DNA from: an uncultured Desulfofustis sp.
GTDB taxonomy: Bacteria; Desulfobacterota; Desulfobulbia; Desulfobulbales; Desulfocapsaceae
Direction of reading: 5' to 3'
Length of the DNA stretch: 46,397 bases
NCBI GenBank assembly: GCA_964620665.1
Contig: CAZUJZ010000001.1
Coordinates: forward strand, 1 to 46,397
The notes beneath the pieces were generated by a model that saw only the letters and a list, made by a program, of their open reading frames with translations, had not been told where the DNA came from and did no database searches. Shown here in pieces: positions 27,238 to 43,900 of the stretch. Numbering within the stretch: position 1 is the stretch's first letter; each line of letters opens with the position of its first letter. Position numbers and translations under genes: made by a program.

Positions 27238-29292
27238 ATGGTCCAGGCACGTACCCTTTTCAGCACCCTGATCGATCGCCTTTCGCCGCCGGTCGGCCTG
27301 CTGCTGCTGGTTCTTTCGGCCATCGTCGGCGCCGGCACCGGCCTGGCTGCGGTGATTTTCATCAGACTGATCAGAATCATCGAAACCTTTTGTTACACTA
27401 CCATCCCCGAAATCTTCCCGTCACTCGGCCTGAGCATCTTCCTGCTGGCACCGATCGGCGGTGCGCTTCTCGTCGGCCCGCTGATCATCTTCGCCCGTGA
27501 GACGAAGAGCAGTGGCGTTCCGGAGGTTATGCAGGCCCTGATCCTGCACGGCGGCCGGATCCGGGCCCGGGTAGCCGGCACAAAAATCATCGGTTCCGCC
27601 CTCTGCCTGGGCAGCGGCGGTTCTGCCGGCCGCGAAGGGCCGATCGTGCAGATCGGCGCCTCGCTCGGTTCGGCCATCGGCCAGCTCTTTCGACTCTCCG
27701 ACGATCGTATCAAAAACCTGCTCGGCTGCGGTACGGCTGCCGGGATTGCCGCGGCCTTCAACACCCCGATCGCCGGCGTCGTATTTTCCATCGAAGTGTT
27801 GATGGGCAACCTCCAGGTCCGCTCGTTCGGCAATGTGGTCGTCGCCGCCGTCGCCGGCTCCATCGTCAGCAGGCACTTTCTTGGGAGCCGGCCGGCTTTT
27901 GCCATTCCCATCCACTCCTTCGGCTCGCCGTTGTCGGTCATTTTCTACCTGATCCTCGGCCTGTTGTCCGCTCTGGTCGGCATCATGTTCATCAAGATGC
28001 TCAGCAAGACGGAAAACCTGTTTGACCGGCTCCAGGCACCGCACCTGCTGAAACCGGCCATGGGCGCCGTGCTGCTCGGCTTGATCGGTGTGCTGTTCAT
28101 GGTTTTTGTCGGCACCGAAACGGGCCTGAAACCGCACATCTACGGCCAGGGCTTTCGCTTCATTGAATCGGTGCTGCACGGCGGCACTTCCTTCTGGCTG
28201 CTGCTCCTGCTCGTTTTCCTCAAGCCCCTGGCCACCGCGCTGACCCTGGGGTCGGGCAGCCCCGGCGGGGTCTTCGGCCCGTCGCTGTTCATCGGGGCGA
28301 TGCTCGGCGGCTGTCTCGGCATCCTCTTCAAGCATTTTTTCCCGGAGATCTCCGGTGAGCCCGGTGCCTACGTACTGGTCGGCATGGCCGCCATGTTTGC
28401 GGCAACCGCCCGGGCCCCGCTGACCGGGATGCTCACCGTTTTTGAACTGAGCAACGATTATTTGATAATCCTGCCGATGATGTTCGCCACCATTACCGCC
28501 AGCTATTTTGCTCACTGGCTGCATCCGGAATCGATCTTCACGATCAAACTGGCCAAACGCGGCATCCGCTTCTACGAAGGGCGGGACATGGATATCATGC
28601 AGGGGGTGACGGTCGAGGAAGTAATGCGCACCCAGGTCGTGACCATCGACAAGGATCAGTCCCTGCCGGAATTGATGGCCTTGTTCCAGGAAACCAACCT
28701 GCTCGGCTTTCCGGTGGTCACCGAAGGGAAAAAGCTCTGGGGGATCATTACGCTGCAGGATATTCACCGCATCCAGTCCGACAGCAGCAGCAACCTGCGC
28801 GAGATGAGGGTGGCCGACGTGGCCGTTGAGGGGCCGATCGCCGTCTACCCCGACGAACCGATCTGGGTCGCCATCCAGAAAATGTCACCACGGGACCTGG
28901 CCCGGCTGCCGGTCATCTCCCGGGACGGCTCACAGCGGCTGATCGGCTCGATCAGCCGCAGCGATATCCTGCGCGCCTACGACGTCGGCGTCGTCAGGAA
29001 ACAACGGGGACAGATCCTGGAGCAGCAGACGACGCTCCGCTCCTCCACGGAGACCGGGTTCGTCGAATTTGCCCTCAACGAGGACGATGCCTGCTGCAAC
29101 GTCCGTGTCAAGAACCTGCCGCTCCCCCAGCATGTCAACCTGGTGTCGATCAGACGGGAAGGCAAGACCATCGTGCCGCGCGGCAACCATCATCTGCAGG
29201 CCGGGGATGTGCTCACCGTTTTCGGCCGGCTCGAGGAAATCAATCACCTGAAGGATTTTCTCAGCTCCTGTCCGATACCGTCGACCCGTTAA
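27238..29292 (+). CDS. ClC-family chloride channel/antiporter with tandem CBS and TrkA-C domains
   Basis: SGVPE, GREGP, AAAFNTP, GGVFGP; CBS pair; C-terminal RCK_C-like segment (IRREGKTIVPRG). Confidence 0.9.
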   Translation: MVQARTLFSTLIDRLSPPVGLLLLVLSAIVGAGTGLAAVIFIRLIRIIETFCYTTIPEIFPSLGLSIFLLAPIGGALLVGPLIIFARETKSSGVPEVMQALILHGGRIRARVAGTKIIGSALCLGSGGSAGREGPIVQIGASLGSAIGQLFRLSDDRIKNLLGCGTAAGIAAAFNTPIAGVVFSIEVLMGNLQVRSFGNVVVAAVAGSIVSRHFLGSRPAFAIPIHSFGSPLSVIFYLILGLLSALVGIMFIKMLSKTENLFDRLQAPHLLKPAMGAVLLGLIGVLFMVFVGTETGLKPHIYGQGFRFIESVLHGGTSFWLLLLLVFLKPLATALTLGSGSPGGVFGPSLFIGAMLGGCLGILFKHFFPEISGEPGAYVLVGMAAMFAATARAPLTGMLTVFELSNDYLIILPMMFATITASYFAHWLHPESIFTIKLAKRGIRFYEGRDMDIMQGVTVEEVMRTQVVTIDKDQSLPELMALFQETNLLGFPVVTEGKKLWGIITLQDIHRIQSDSSSNLREMRVADVAVEGPIAVYPDEPIWVAIQKMSPRDLARLPVISRDGSQRLIGSISRSDILRAYDVGVVRKQRGQILEQQTTLRSSTETGFVEFALNEDDACCNVRVKNLPLPQHVNLVSIRREGKTIVPRGNHHLQAGDVLTVFGRLEEINHLKDFLSSCPIPSTR

Positions 29293-29313
29293 GGTATCTG
29301 CCCGCTCGTCCAA

Positions 29314-35215
<5,902 letters not shown>

Positions 35216-35458
35216 GATCTTTCTCCTCTGCCTCACATCCGGCCACGCACCGGGCCGGTGTTCAGACTCTGAGGATACGGTATTGGTCGAGGAAAATCCA
35301 GGAAAACGATTCTCATTCCCGAATGGGCCAACCGGTTCTTCGGCCAGTTGATACCCCTGGTAATCAAACAGCCGGCACCCCTCTCTTCCAGCCGCCTTCC
35401 GTCAAGAAAGTAGCCGCGAGGGCCTTGCCTGCACAATACCCAAGTGATACAATAAACT

Positions 35459-35800
35459 ATGAAATCATCACCGATCAACCTGCTCACGATGTCGTTTCTT
35501 GTCCTTGTACTTGTCGGTATTACCCTGATCATTGTGAGTTTTTTGTCATCTTTTCGAAGCCCTGACAACGGCAGGATTATACGCAGCGGTGGGTTTGCCC
35601 TGCTCTTTTTCGGGATTGGCGAATATCTTAACCACCAACCCCTTATCGATCACTCCCCTGAGCTACAGGATAAGAACGAAACGGCCCGGCCGGCCGGAAA
35701 ATGGAGGAGGACCCCCTGCGGGCTCGGCAATTTATTTGATGTGCTGGCGATCATCAGTGTCTTCATTGCCGCCTCATATGTGTTGTTTTCCGGAAAGTAA
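35459..35800 (+). CDS. Small hypothetical membrane protein (about 3 TM helices)
   Basis: Three hydrophobic segments; fills the gap between gltB and the PilZ gene. Confidence 0.6.
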   Translation: MKSSPINLLTMSFLVLVLVGITLIIVSFLSSFRSPDNGRIIRSGGFALLFFGIGEYLNHQPLIDHSPELQDKNETARPAGKWRRTPCGLGNLFDVLAIISVFIAASYVLFSGK

Positions 35801-35854
35801 TAACCGGCGCTCCCGCTGTCGCCCGCCGCCGCTGCTCCGGCGATCCGGGCAGGA

Positions 35855-35882
35855 TTGACTTCCATGGCTCCATGCGTATAAT
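35855..35882 (+). promoter_or_regulatory. Near-consensus sigma70 promoter for the PilZ gene
   Basis: TTGACT (35855-35860), 16-nt spacer, TATAAT (35877-35882). Confidence 0.6.
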
Positions 35883-35983
35883 GGAAGAAAGCCTGTACCC
35901 CCGTTACAAATGTGGTACTGAAGGGGTGTACAGGCCAAACCTGACCTCAAAAGTCCCTTAGGGCATATTCTTCAGGTGACGTT

Positions 35984-36328
35984 ATGGAAAAGCGCAAACA
36001 CCCTCGTATGGTCATGTCCAATCTCGAGGCTGATATTTCCGACGGAAAGGGCTTTTTCAGCGGCGTGATCAACGACATCTCGCGTTTCGGTCTGTCGATT
36101 ACCGATGTTCCGAAACGGCTGGACCGGTCGGCCGATATCTATTCGATCATTGTCGACGGACCGGGGACTCATTTCAAACTGCTGGCTCGCCCGATCTGGG
36201 AAGAAGATGACGGATCTCACAAGGTCATCGGTGCCCAGATCGAGAACAGCCCGTGGACTTGGACCGAATTCGTGATGCGGCATGAACCGGACGTGGAGGA
36301 GGAGGATCTTCAGAACACGGTGAATTAA
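35984..36328 (+). CDS. Stand-alone PilZ-domain protein
   Basis: EKRKHPR (RxxxR) and DISRFG (DxSxxG) c-di-GMP-binding motifs. Confidence 0.85.
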   Translation: MEKRKHPRMVMSNLEADISDGKGFFSGVINDISRFGLSITDVPKRLDRSADIYSIIVDGPGTHFKLLARPIWEEDDGSHKVIGAQIENSPWTWTEFVMRHEPDVEEEDLQNTVN

Positions 36329-36495
36329 CGCGAGCAACACAAAAACACTCGGCTTCGTGATACAAGCTGAGATCCCGGCACGGGCAGATCTCCACGAAGT
36401 GTCGGTGACGGGAGGTCAAAGAGAGTAAAAACGTCACCCGGAGCGCTACGGCCGTCATCATCACTGACGGCGTTTCAGCATCATCTCTTCATCTA

Positions 36496-37611
36496 TCAGA
36501 TTCTGCCGAAGGTATAACGAAAATACGAAGCACAAATCCCTTCCTGGGCGACCATGCACGGCCCGATGGGATGTTGCGAGGTACAGGAAATACCAAAAGC
36601 CGGACACTCATTCGGGGTGCTCCGTCCTGAAATGATATCGGCACACTGACATTGAATCTGCTCCTGCCCCTTTTGAAAGCGGATGTTGAACCGTTTTACC
36701 GCGTCATACAATGACAATTCATCGCGAATCACGAAGCCGCTGCCCTCGATACTGCCGAGGCCGCGCCAATCCGTTTCCACGGCAAAAAATACTTCCGACA
36801 GCATCTTCTGCACCCGGGCGGTCTCCTCCCGGGGGGTAATACCGGCAAACGGGTTATCGTTGATCGGCGTATTGGTCTTGACCTGTCTGACGATCGAAAC
36901 AAGCCCTTGGAGAATCTCGCTGATCCCGAAACCGGCCACGGCACAGGCAAGATGATGTTGCCGGGCCAGATCGGCATAGGCATTGCTGTCGGTGATCGCT
37001 TCGATGTGTGTGGAAAACAGCAGGCCGCGGATGTTCAGCTCCGGGTCCCGCAGCAAATTGGCGAGCGACGGCGGGAGGAGCCGAATTGAGGGGATCACGC
37101 AAAAATTGCCGACCCCTTCGGACGCTGCCTCGAGGATGGTTTCCGCCACATCCGGCGCGGCTCCTTCAAAGCCGACGGCGGTGAAGACGACAATTTTCGA
37201 CGGAAATTTCCTGGCCAGATCAAGGGCCTCCATCGGCGAGTCGACCACCTCCACCTGGGCTCCTTTGCGTCTGATCGACTCCAGTGATTCCCTGCTGCCG
37301 CTGACTCTGAGCAGATCCTCGCAGGTAGCGGTGACCACATCGGGCTGTACACCGATCTTGATGAAGGCATCGATGTGCCCGGCCGGCATGACACAGACCG
37401 AGCAACCCGGGCCGGAGACGACATCGAGTTTGTCAGGCAGAACTTCGTCGAGTCCATATTTCAACAACGTCCGGTTTTGCGTGCCGCAGACCACCATCAC
37501 CCGGAGGGGACGGTCAACCTCTGTCTGCAGCTCCTGGACCAGGTCTGAGGGAATGGGCAATTCGCCCTGTTTGTCTCGACTCATCATTTCCGCGACAATC
37601 TCACTCACCAT
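36496..37611 (-). CDS. hypD: HypD-like hydrogenase maturation protein (motif-divergent)
   Basis: VCGTQNR, SGPGCSVCV, AVGFEG, WRGLG and C-terminal C-x-C...C...C...GPCMV...C Fe-S segment. Confidence 0.75.
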   Translation of the reverse strand: MVSEIVAEMMSRDKQGELPIPSDLVQELQTEVDRPLRVMVVCGTQNRTLLKYGLDEVLPDKLDVVSGPGCSVCVMPAGHIDAFIKIGVQPDVVTATCEDLLRVSGSRESLESIRRKGAQVEVVDSPMEALDLARKFPSKIVVFTAVGFEGAAPDVAETILEAASEGVGNFCVIPSIRLLPPSLANLLRDPELNIRGLLFSTHIEAITDSNAYADLARQHHLACAVAGFGISEILQGLVSIVRQVKTNTPINDNPFAGITPREETARVQKMLSEVFFAVETDWRGLGSIEGSGFVIRDELSLYDAVKRFNIRFQKGQEQIQCQCADIISGRSTPNECPAFGISCTSQHPIGPCMVAQEGICASYFRYTFGRI

Positions 37612-37675
37612 CGCCGGTTGATCCGGCTCCGCACCGGACTCAGGCCCGGCACGATCTTGTCATGACGCTGGCGGA

Positions 37676-37927
37676 TCAGTGCTGCTCCGCCTCGTTGACC
37701 ATGTCAGCGTAATAATCGGTTTCGCTGATCTTTTCCGCTTCGACGGCCTCGATATCGGCCCGCGTCAGATGAAACATGCCGCAGGCGGGACAGCTGCCGT
37801 CAAAATTATCGCCGACCGCTCGTGCCTTGAGTTCATCGATCGTCATGTGATCAATATTGCCGCAGGCACCGCTGGGATTTTCAGCCCGGACCTGGATTCG
37901 TCCGGTTTTCTTTTCTTGCTCTGGCAT
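37676..37927 (-). CDS. Small Cys/His protein, possibly metal-binding
   Basis: AAGGAG RBS; ACGNIDH and CPACGMFH motifs; acidic C-terminus. Confidence 0.65.
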   Translation of the reverse strand: MPEQEKKTGRIQVRAENPSGACGNIDHMTIDELKARAVGDNFDGSCPACGMFHLTRADIEAVEAEKISETDYYADMVNEAEQH

Positions 37928-38017
37928 CTCAACGCTCCTTTATGGGGATTCAAAGCCGCTCCCCCTGACGAATGAGCTTCGTCATGATGTTTGATAACGA
38001 ATATGACCTGTTCCGTC

Positions 38018-38063
38018 AAGCGCATCCGGCACCCGGTACCGAAACCGATTGCCGGATGCGCTT
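38018..38063. terminator. 14-bp perfect inverted repeat downstream of mvhA
   Basis: AAGCGCATCCGGCA...TGCCGGATGCGCTT, 15 nt after the true stop of the large subunit. Confidence 0.55.
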
Positions 38064-38078
38064 TTCCGTTGCTCGCGC

Positions 38079-39527
38079 TCAGTTTTTCAGGGTTTCAATC
38101 AGGTTGCCGTTGGCATCAACGATGTCCAGGGCCATCGGGATACCGCCATCCAGGCGGTGGGTGGCACAGGACATTCACGGGTCGTAGGCCCTGACGGCCA
38201 TCTCCACCTTGTTCAGGATACCCTGGTCGTAGATGCCGTCTTTGATCAGCGAGGTCGCCGCCTGTTTGACACTCATATTCATCGGGCCGATGTTGTGGGT
38301 CGTACCGACGATCAGGTTGGCCGAAGCGATGCAGCCATCGGCGTCGGTGTGGTAATCATGGATCAAGGTGCCGCGTGGCGCCTCGACGATGCCGACCCCG
38401 CGGCCGGCCTTGGGCTCCACCTTGGCCCGGACGTCGGTATCGGTAATGCCTTCCCAGCTGAGCAGTTCCATGGTCCGCTCACAGGCATAGATCAACTCAA
38501 TCAAACGGGCGTAGTGGTAGAGCAAGGTGGCCTGGGCCGGGCGCCCGAAGGCGGCCCGGAACTCCTCGAGCGCGGCCTGGGCCTGCGGTGTGGAAATCTT
38601 GTCGCAGACATTGATCCTGGCCAGGGTGTTGGCGCGGTAAATGCCTTTCGGGGCATCGAGATCGAGCGAGAAGCCTTCGTTCCAGGAACGGGCATACGGC
38701 ATCTTGCCATATCCCCAGGGCTCGACATGCTCACCGAGATAATCGAGATAATCGGCACCGTCGAAATCGACATAACTGCCGTCCGCTTTCATCAGTCGCT
38801 GGCGACCGTCAAAGACCCGCAACGAACCATCCGCCGGGTCGACGGTACCAAGAAAACCGGTGGTGATAACGCCCAGCTGGTTGATCGCATCAAGATATTT
38901 GCTAAAGACGTTGTTTTTAGCAAAATCAAGCGCATAGAGCGAAAAATCGAGCAGCGTCCGGGTATCTTTGAGCATCGCCTGCCGCTCTGCTTCCGGTAGC
39001 GGCTTGGAAAACCCGCCGACCACCGCGGCAATCGGATGAATCGCCTTGCCGGCGAAACGATCGATCATCATCTGCCCGAGCTGGCGCATCTTCACCACCT
39101 GGGTGGCCAACTCCGGCGCCGCCTTGACCACGCCGATCACATTACGCACCGAATAGTCGGCATCCGGTCCGAGCACGAAGTCGGGAGCGGCCAGGAAAAA
39201 GAAGTGCAGGATCTTGTCGTTGATATGGGCCATGACCTGCAGCAATTCGCGCAGCTTCTGGCCGGTCTCCGTCGGGGTGACGCCGAAACAACCGTCGACC
39301 GCCTTGTTGGATGCGGTGTGGTGCATCCACGGGCAGATGCCGCAGATTCTGTTGACGATGCGCGGCACCTCTTCGGCCGGACGTCCCTCGATGAATTTTT
39401 CAAACCCGCGCAGGGACATCAGGCTCATATAGGCGTTCTCGACATTGCCGGCATCGTCAAGATGAACGGCTATGCGGGCGTGTCCCTCAATGCGGGTAAC
39501 AGGCTGAATATTTAATACCTTACCCAT
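38079..39527 (-). CDS. mvhA: [NiFeSe] hydrogenase large subunit, MvhA/VhuA type (group 3c-like), 482 aa, Sec451
   Basis: TRIEGH; L1 motif RICGIC; EAPRG. Reading through UGA 38175-38177 gives L2 motif DP-U-MSCATH plus a 25-aa cleavable tail ending at TGA 38079. Confidence 0.92.
38142..38158 (-). promoter_or_regulatory. SECIS-like hairpin of mvhA
   Basis: mRNA ACCGCC-UGGAU-GGCGGU, starting 16 nt after the UGA. Confidence 0.75.
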
Positions 39528-39528
39528 G

Positions 39529-40476
39529 TTATGCTTCCTCCTTCACGGCAGCCTTTTTCTTCGGGCGCAGATTCCCATGAGCGCCGCTGAAGCGCAGAAT
39601 GGAACGGCGGTCGACCACCGATTTCGTATCAATGCCATTGCTGGCCAGCGCATTCATCATATCGAGCAGCTGATTGCCGTCCGGACGGACCGGCCCGAAA
39701 CAACCGCGGCACGGCACCCGGGCCTCAATGCAACTCGGCGCGCCGTATTTGGCGCAGCCGGCGGCAGTCACCGGCCCCATGCACATGAACCCCTGCTCGA
39801 GCAGACAGCGCATCTCGCCGACCGGTTTGCTCGGATCGAACTCGACATTTTCCACGTAGCGCTTCACCTTACTGACACTGCCCTTGCCTTCTCGACGGGT
39901 CGGACAGGTATCGCAGACGCTCTTGGTGGGCAGCACCGGTTCCCGATTCTCGAGCAACGAGATGATCACCTCGGCGATATGCGCCGGGTTCGGCGGACAA
40001 CCCGGCAGGTGCAGGTCAATCTTCACTTTTTCATCCAGGGCGTAGGTCCGATCGAGCAGTTTCGGCACAATCTGGTCCGGCCGCGACGCACCGGGGTCGG
40101 TGGACGGGGTGCGATAGATGGCATCGAAGCTGTCGGCGCCATCCTGGCCGTTCATCAGCGCCGGGATGCCGCCCTGGGTGGCGCAGGAACCGAGCGCGAT
40201 CAGGACCTTGCACTTTTTCCGCATCTCTGCAAGCACCTCGAGATGCTCCTCGTTGGCCACTCCGCCGGAAACGATACCGACGACCGCCTCGGGGATCTGC
40301 AGATGCTCCCCTTCGTCGCCGCATTGCCCGTAATATTTGTGATCCATGATGACCGGGGCATGAACGATATCGAGATGCTCGGTGAGCAGCGGGACCAGTG
40401 CCTCGCCGATGTTCAGGACGGCAATCTCACACCCTGAACACGAGCTCAGCCATTCCAAAGCAGTTGTAACACCCAT
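39529..40476 (-). CDS. mvhG: Hydrogenase small subunit, MvhG type
   Basis: Start ATG 40476 (GGGAGG RBS); CSGC, GSCATQGG, PGCPP, SVCDTC, CLLEQGFMCMG, CRGCFG. Confidence 0.9.
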   Translation of the reverse strand: MGVTTALEWLSSCSGCEIAVLNIGEALVPLLTEHLDIVHAPVIMDHKYYGQCGDEGEHLQIPEAVVGIVSGGVANEEHLEVLAEMRKKCKVLIALGSCATQGGIPALMNGQDGADSFDAIYRTPSTDPGASRPDQIVPKLLDRTYALDEKVKIDLHLPGCPPNPAHIAEVIISLLENREPVLPTKSVCDTCPTRREGKGSVSKVKRYVENVEFDPSKPVGEMRCLLEQGFMCMGPVTAAGCAKYGAPSCIEARVPCRGCFGPVRPDGNQLLDMMNALASNGIDTKSVVDRRSILRFSGAHGNLRPKKKAAVKEEA

Positions 40477-40487
40477 CGTAACCTCCC

Positions 40488-40904
40488 TTACGCTGCCTGA
40501 GCATCTGTGTTGACGGGTCCCAGCTTTCTGACCCGGGCAGTCATGTCGGTGACCGCCTTGACGAATTTGTCGGGTTCTGCCGACGACACCCACGTGATCG
40601 AAAACCGCTCGGGCTCGTACCCGTAGTCTTCAAGAATTTCAGTGATCATGTCGGCTCGGGCCATCGTTTTATAATTACCATCCAGGTAATGACATTCACC
40701 GAGGTGTCAGCCGAGCACCATGACACCGTCAGCCCCTTGATCGAGGGCCTTGGTGACAAATTCCGGGTGGACCATGCCGGAGCACATGACCCTGATGATC
40801 CGGACATTGGCCGGATACTGCATCCTGGCGGTGCCGGCGAGATCAGCCGCCGCATAGGAGCACCAGTTGCAGCAGAATGCTATGATTTTCGGTTCAAAAC
40901 TCAT
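40488..40904 (-). CDS. mvhD: Hydrogenase iron-sulfur subunit MvhD, 138 aa, Sec66
   Basis: [23 protein letters not shown]. Reading through UGA 40707-40709 gives [13 protein letters not shown] (canonical GCHxGxCHY) and the frame stays open to TAA 40488. Confidence 0.92.
40674..40690 (-). promoter_or_regulatory. SECIS-like hairpin of mvhD
   Basis: mRNA AUUACC-UGGAU-GGUAAU, starting 16 nt after the UGA. Confidence 0.75.
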
Positions 40905-40951
40905 TACGCTACTCCTTTGATAGTCGTGCATGTATCTGTTCAACCGGCCGA

Positions 40952-43900
40952 TCAGATGGCAAGCGCCGCCTCGATCTGGCTGCTGATCTGCTCCATGGTA
41001 AAGCCCTGGACGACGACGCCGCGCTTCGGACAGGTGCCCTGGCAGAGACCGCATCCCTTGCATTGTGCCTTGTTGATCTGGATGTAACGGTGCGGCTGCC
41101 CGCCTTCGGCCGGGGCTTCATCTTCCACCAACTCGATGGCGTGATAGGGGCAGACATCGATGCACAGGGCGCAGCCGTCGCAATAGCGCAGATCCGGCTC
41201 GGCCTTCACCGCATCGAGACTGACCGCCGAACGGGACAGCAGCGTCGCCGCACGGCCTGAGGCGGCCAGGGCCTGAGCGACCGATTCCTCGACCGGTTTC
41301 GGGTAGTGAGCCAGACCGGCAACGAACAGGCCGTCGTTGGCGAAATCAACCGGCCGCAGCTTGGCGTGGGCTTCCTGGAAAAAGCCGTCGCCGTCGATCG
41401 ATACCTTGTAGATCTTGTTGAGCTTCTCCGCATCGGGGTTGGCAACGATAGCCGTGGCCAGAACGACGATGTCGGCCTTGATGCGCAACGGCCGATGGAG
41501 GATATGATCCCAGACCCCGACATTGACCTGCTTGTGTTCCACCTCTACCGTCGGCTTGCCGTGCGTCTCGTAATTGATGAAGATAACCCCGAGCTCACGC
41601 GCCTTTTTATAGAGCGTTTCCCGTTGGCCATAGGTCCGCATGTCGCGATAGAGGATGTAGACCATCCGCGAGGCATCTTCCTGCTTGAGTTCGATGGCCG
41701 ACTGTACGGAATGGGTGCAGCAGACCTTGGAGCAATACATCCGCTCACCTTCGCGGGAACCGACGCATTGGATGAACACCACCGTCTTGGCCTTGGCCGC
41801 GTGCTGCTCCTTGAGCTTAAAGAGCCGGTCGAACTCCAGGGCGGTCACCACGTTCGGAATCCTGCCATAGCCATATTCCTTGGGCCGCAGAGCGCGCCCG
41901 CCGGTGGCCACGACGCCGACGCCGTGCTGAATGGTCTTGGTCAGGCCGTCGCGGGTGGCGATGGTCGTCGTAAAGTTGCCGACAAATCCCTCCGCCGCAC
42001 GGACCTCAAAACCTTTATGGATGATGATCCGCTCGTTCTTCTGGACCTGGTCGACGAGCTTCCTGGCCCGATCCTGGATCGACTCGCCGGACCAGGTGTG
42101 ACCGAGATAGACGGCGTTGCCGCCAAGCGAATCGGTTTTCTCGACCAGATGTACCTCAAATCCCTGTTCGGCCATGTTCAAAGCCGCAGCCATACCGGCA
42201 ATGCCGCCACCGATGACCAGTCCTTTCTGGGTGATCGGCACCGAGATCGGCTGCAGGGACACCTGCCGGGCGACCTTGGCCACGGCCATCCGCACCAGGT
42301 CCTTGGCCTTGGTCGTGGCGGTCTTCGGATCGGCGGAATGGACCCAGGAGGTCTGATTCCTGATATTGGCCATCTCCACCAGGTACTCATTCAGACCGGA
42401 GGCCTTCAGGGTCTCTCTGAACAGCGGCTCGTGGGTCCGCGGCGTACAGGCGGCAACCACCACCCGGTTCAAGCCCTTGGCCTTGATGGTCTGTACCATC
42501 TGCTCCTGGGTATCCTGGGAGCAGCTGAACAGGTTGCGCTCGGTGTGGACCACCCCGGGCAGGGTCTGGGCATAATCGGCTACCGCCTCGACATCGACGA
42601 CGCCGGCGATATTGGAGCCGCAATGACAGACGAAGACGCCGATCTTCTCTTCCTCGTCGACCACGTCCCGTTCCTGCGGGAACGTCTTCTCCCGGGTCAG
42701 CTGCCCGCGAGCCGGCGCGAGTACATCGGCAACCGCCGCGGCCGCCGCCGAGCCTTCCATTACCGACTGCGGAATATCTTTTGGTCCGGCAAAGGCGCCG
42801 CAGGTGAAAATCCCTTTTTTCGAGGTCGAAACCGGCGAAAAATCAGAGGTCGCGGCAAACCGGTCATGGGTCAATCTGACCCCGGCAAGATCTGCCAGTA
42901 CCTTGATATGATCGGGAATCTGGAGGCCCACGGAGAGCACGACCAGATCGAAATACTCCTCAACCTGACGTCCTTCCTCGTTGATGTAATGGAGCCGCAG
43001 ATCACCGCTGTCGCCTTCCGGTTCGACGCCGTGCACCCGGCACCGGACGAAGCGGACTCCCGATTCTTCCTTGGCCCGCTGGTAATAGCGATCGAAATCC
43101 TTGCCGTGGGTCCGCATATCCATCATGAAAATAGCGGTGCGCAGTCCCGGCACATGATCTTTGGCCATCACCGCTTCCTTGATGGCATACATACAACAGA
43201 CCGACGAACAATAGGCATTGCCGCATTTGTTCTCATCACGGCTGCCGACGCATTGCAGAAAGGCGACCTTGGTGATCTCTCTGCCGTCCGACGGCCTGAT
43301 CAGATGCCCCTCGGTGGGCCCGGAAGCGGACAGGTACCGCTCGAACTGCATCGCGGTTACCACGTTGGGATAGCGGCCATACCCCCAAACGCCGGCCGCC
43401 GCCGGATCGAAGCTCTCGAAACCCGGCGCCAGGATAACGGCGCCGACGTTGATCTGATGGGTCTTCTCGGTGTCGTCGAAATTTATCGCTCCGGCCGGGC
43501 AGACCTTCTCACAGAAACCACAGGCACCGGCTTTCTTGAAGCGAATGCAATTATCGGCATCGATCTGATACTTCAGCGGCACCGCCTGGGCGTATTTGAC
43601 ATAAATCGCTTTGCGTTTGCCGGTGGCCGCATCGTATTCGCTGTCCACCTTCTTCGGGCATTTTGCCGCACACTCGCCGCAGGCGATACACTTGTCCATA
43701 TCCACATAGCGTGGATGTTCTTTGACCGTTACCTGAAAGTCACCGACATCTCCGGAGATACCGGCGATTTCACTGAGCGTCATCAACTTGATATTTAAGT
43801 GCCGACCGCACTCAACCAGTTTTGGCGCGATAATTCACATCGAGCAGTCGTTGGTCGGGAAGGTCTTGTCCAATTGGGCCATGGCCCCGCCGATGGCGCC

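Noticed and set aside
35883..35983. c-di-GMP riboswitch or 6S RNA upstream of the PilZ gene
   Set aside because: Lacks the GEMM two-hairpin/GNRA consensus and is too short for a 6S-type fold.
38018..38063. REP/MITE family suggested by the GCCGGATGCG-containing hairpin
   Set aside because: Only one copy found; the other intergenic hairpins in the window have unrelated sequences.
41306..43798. 830-aa plus-strand ORF
   Set aside because: Antisense shadow of hdrA.
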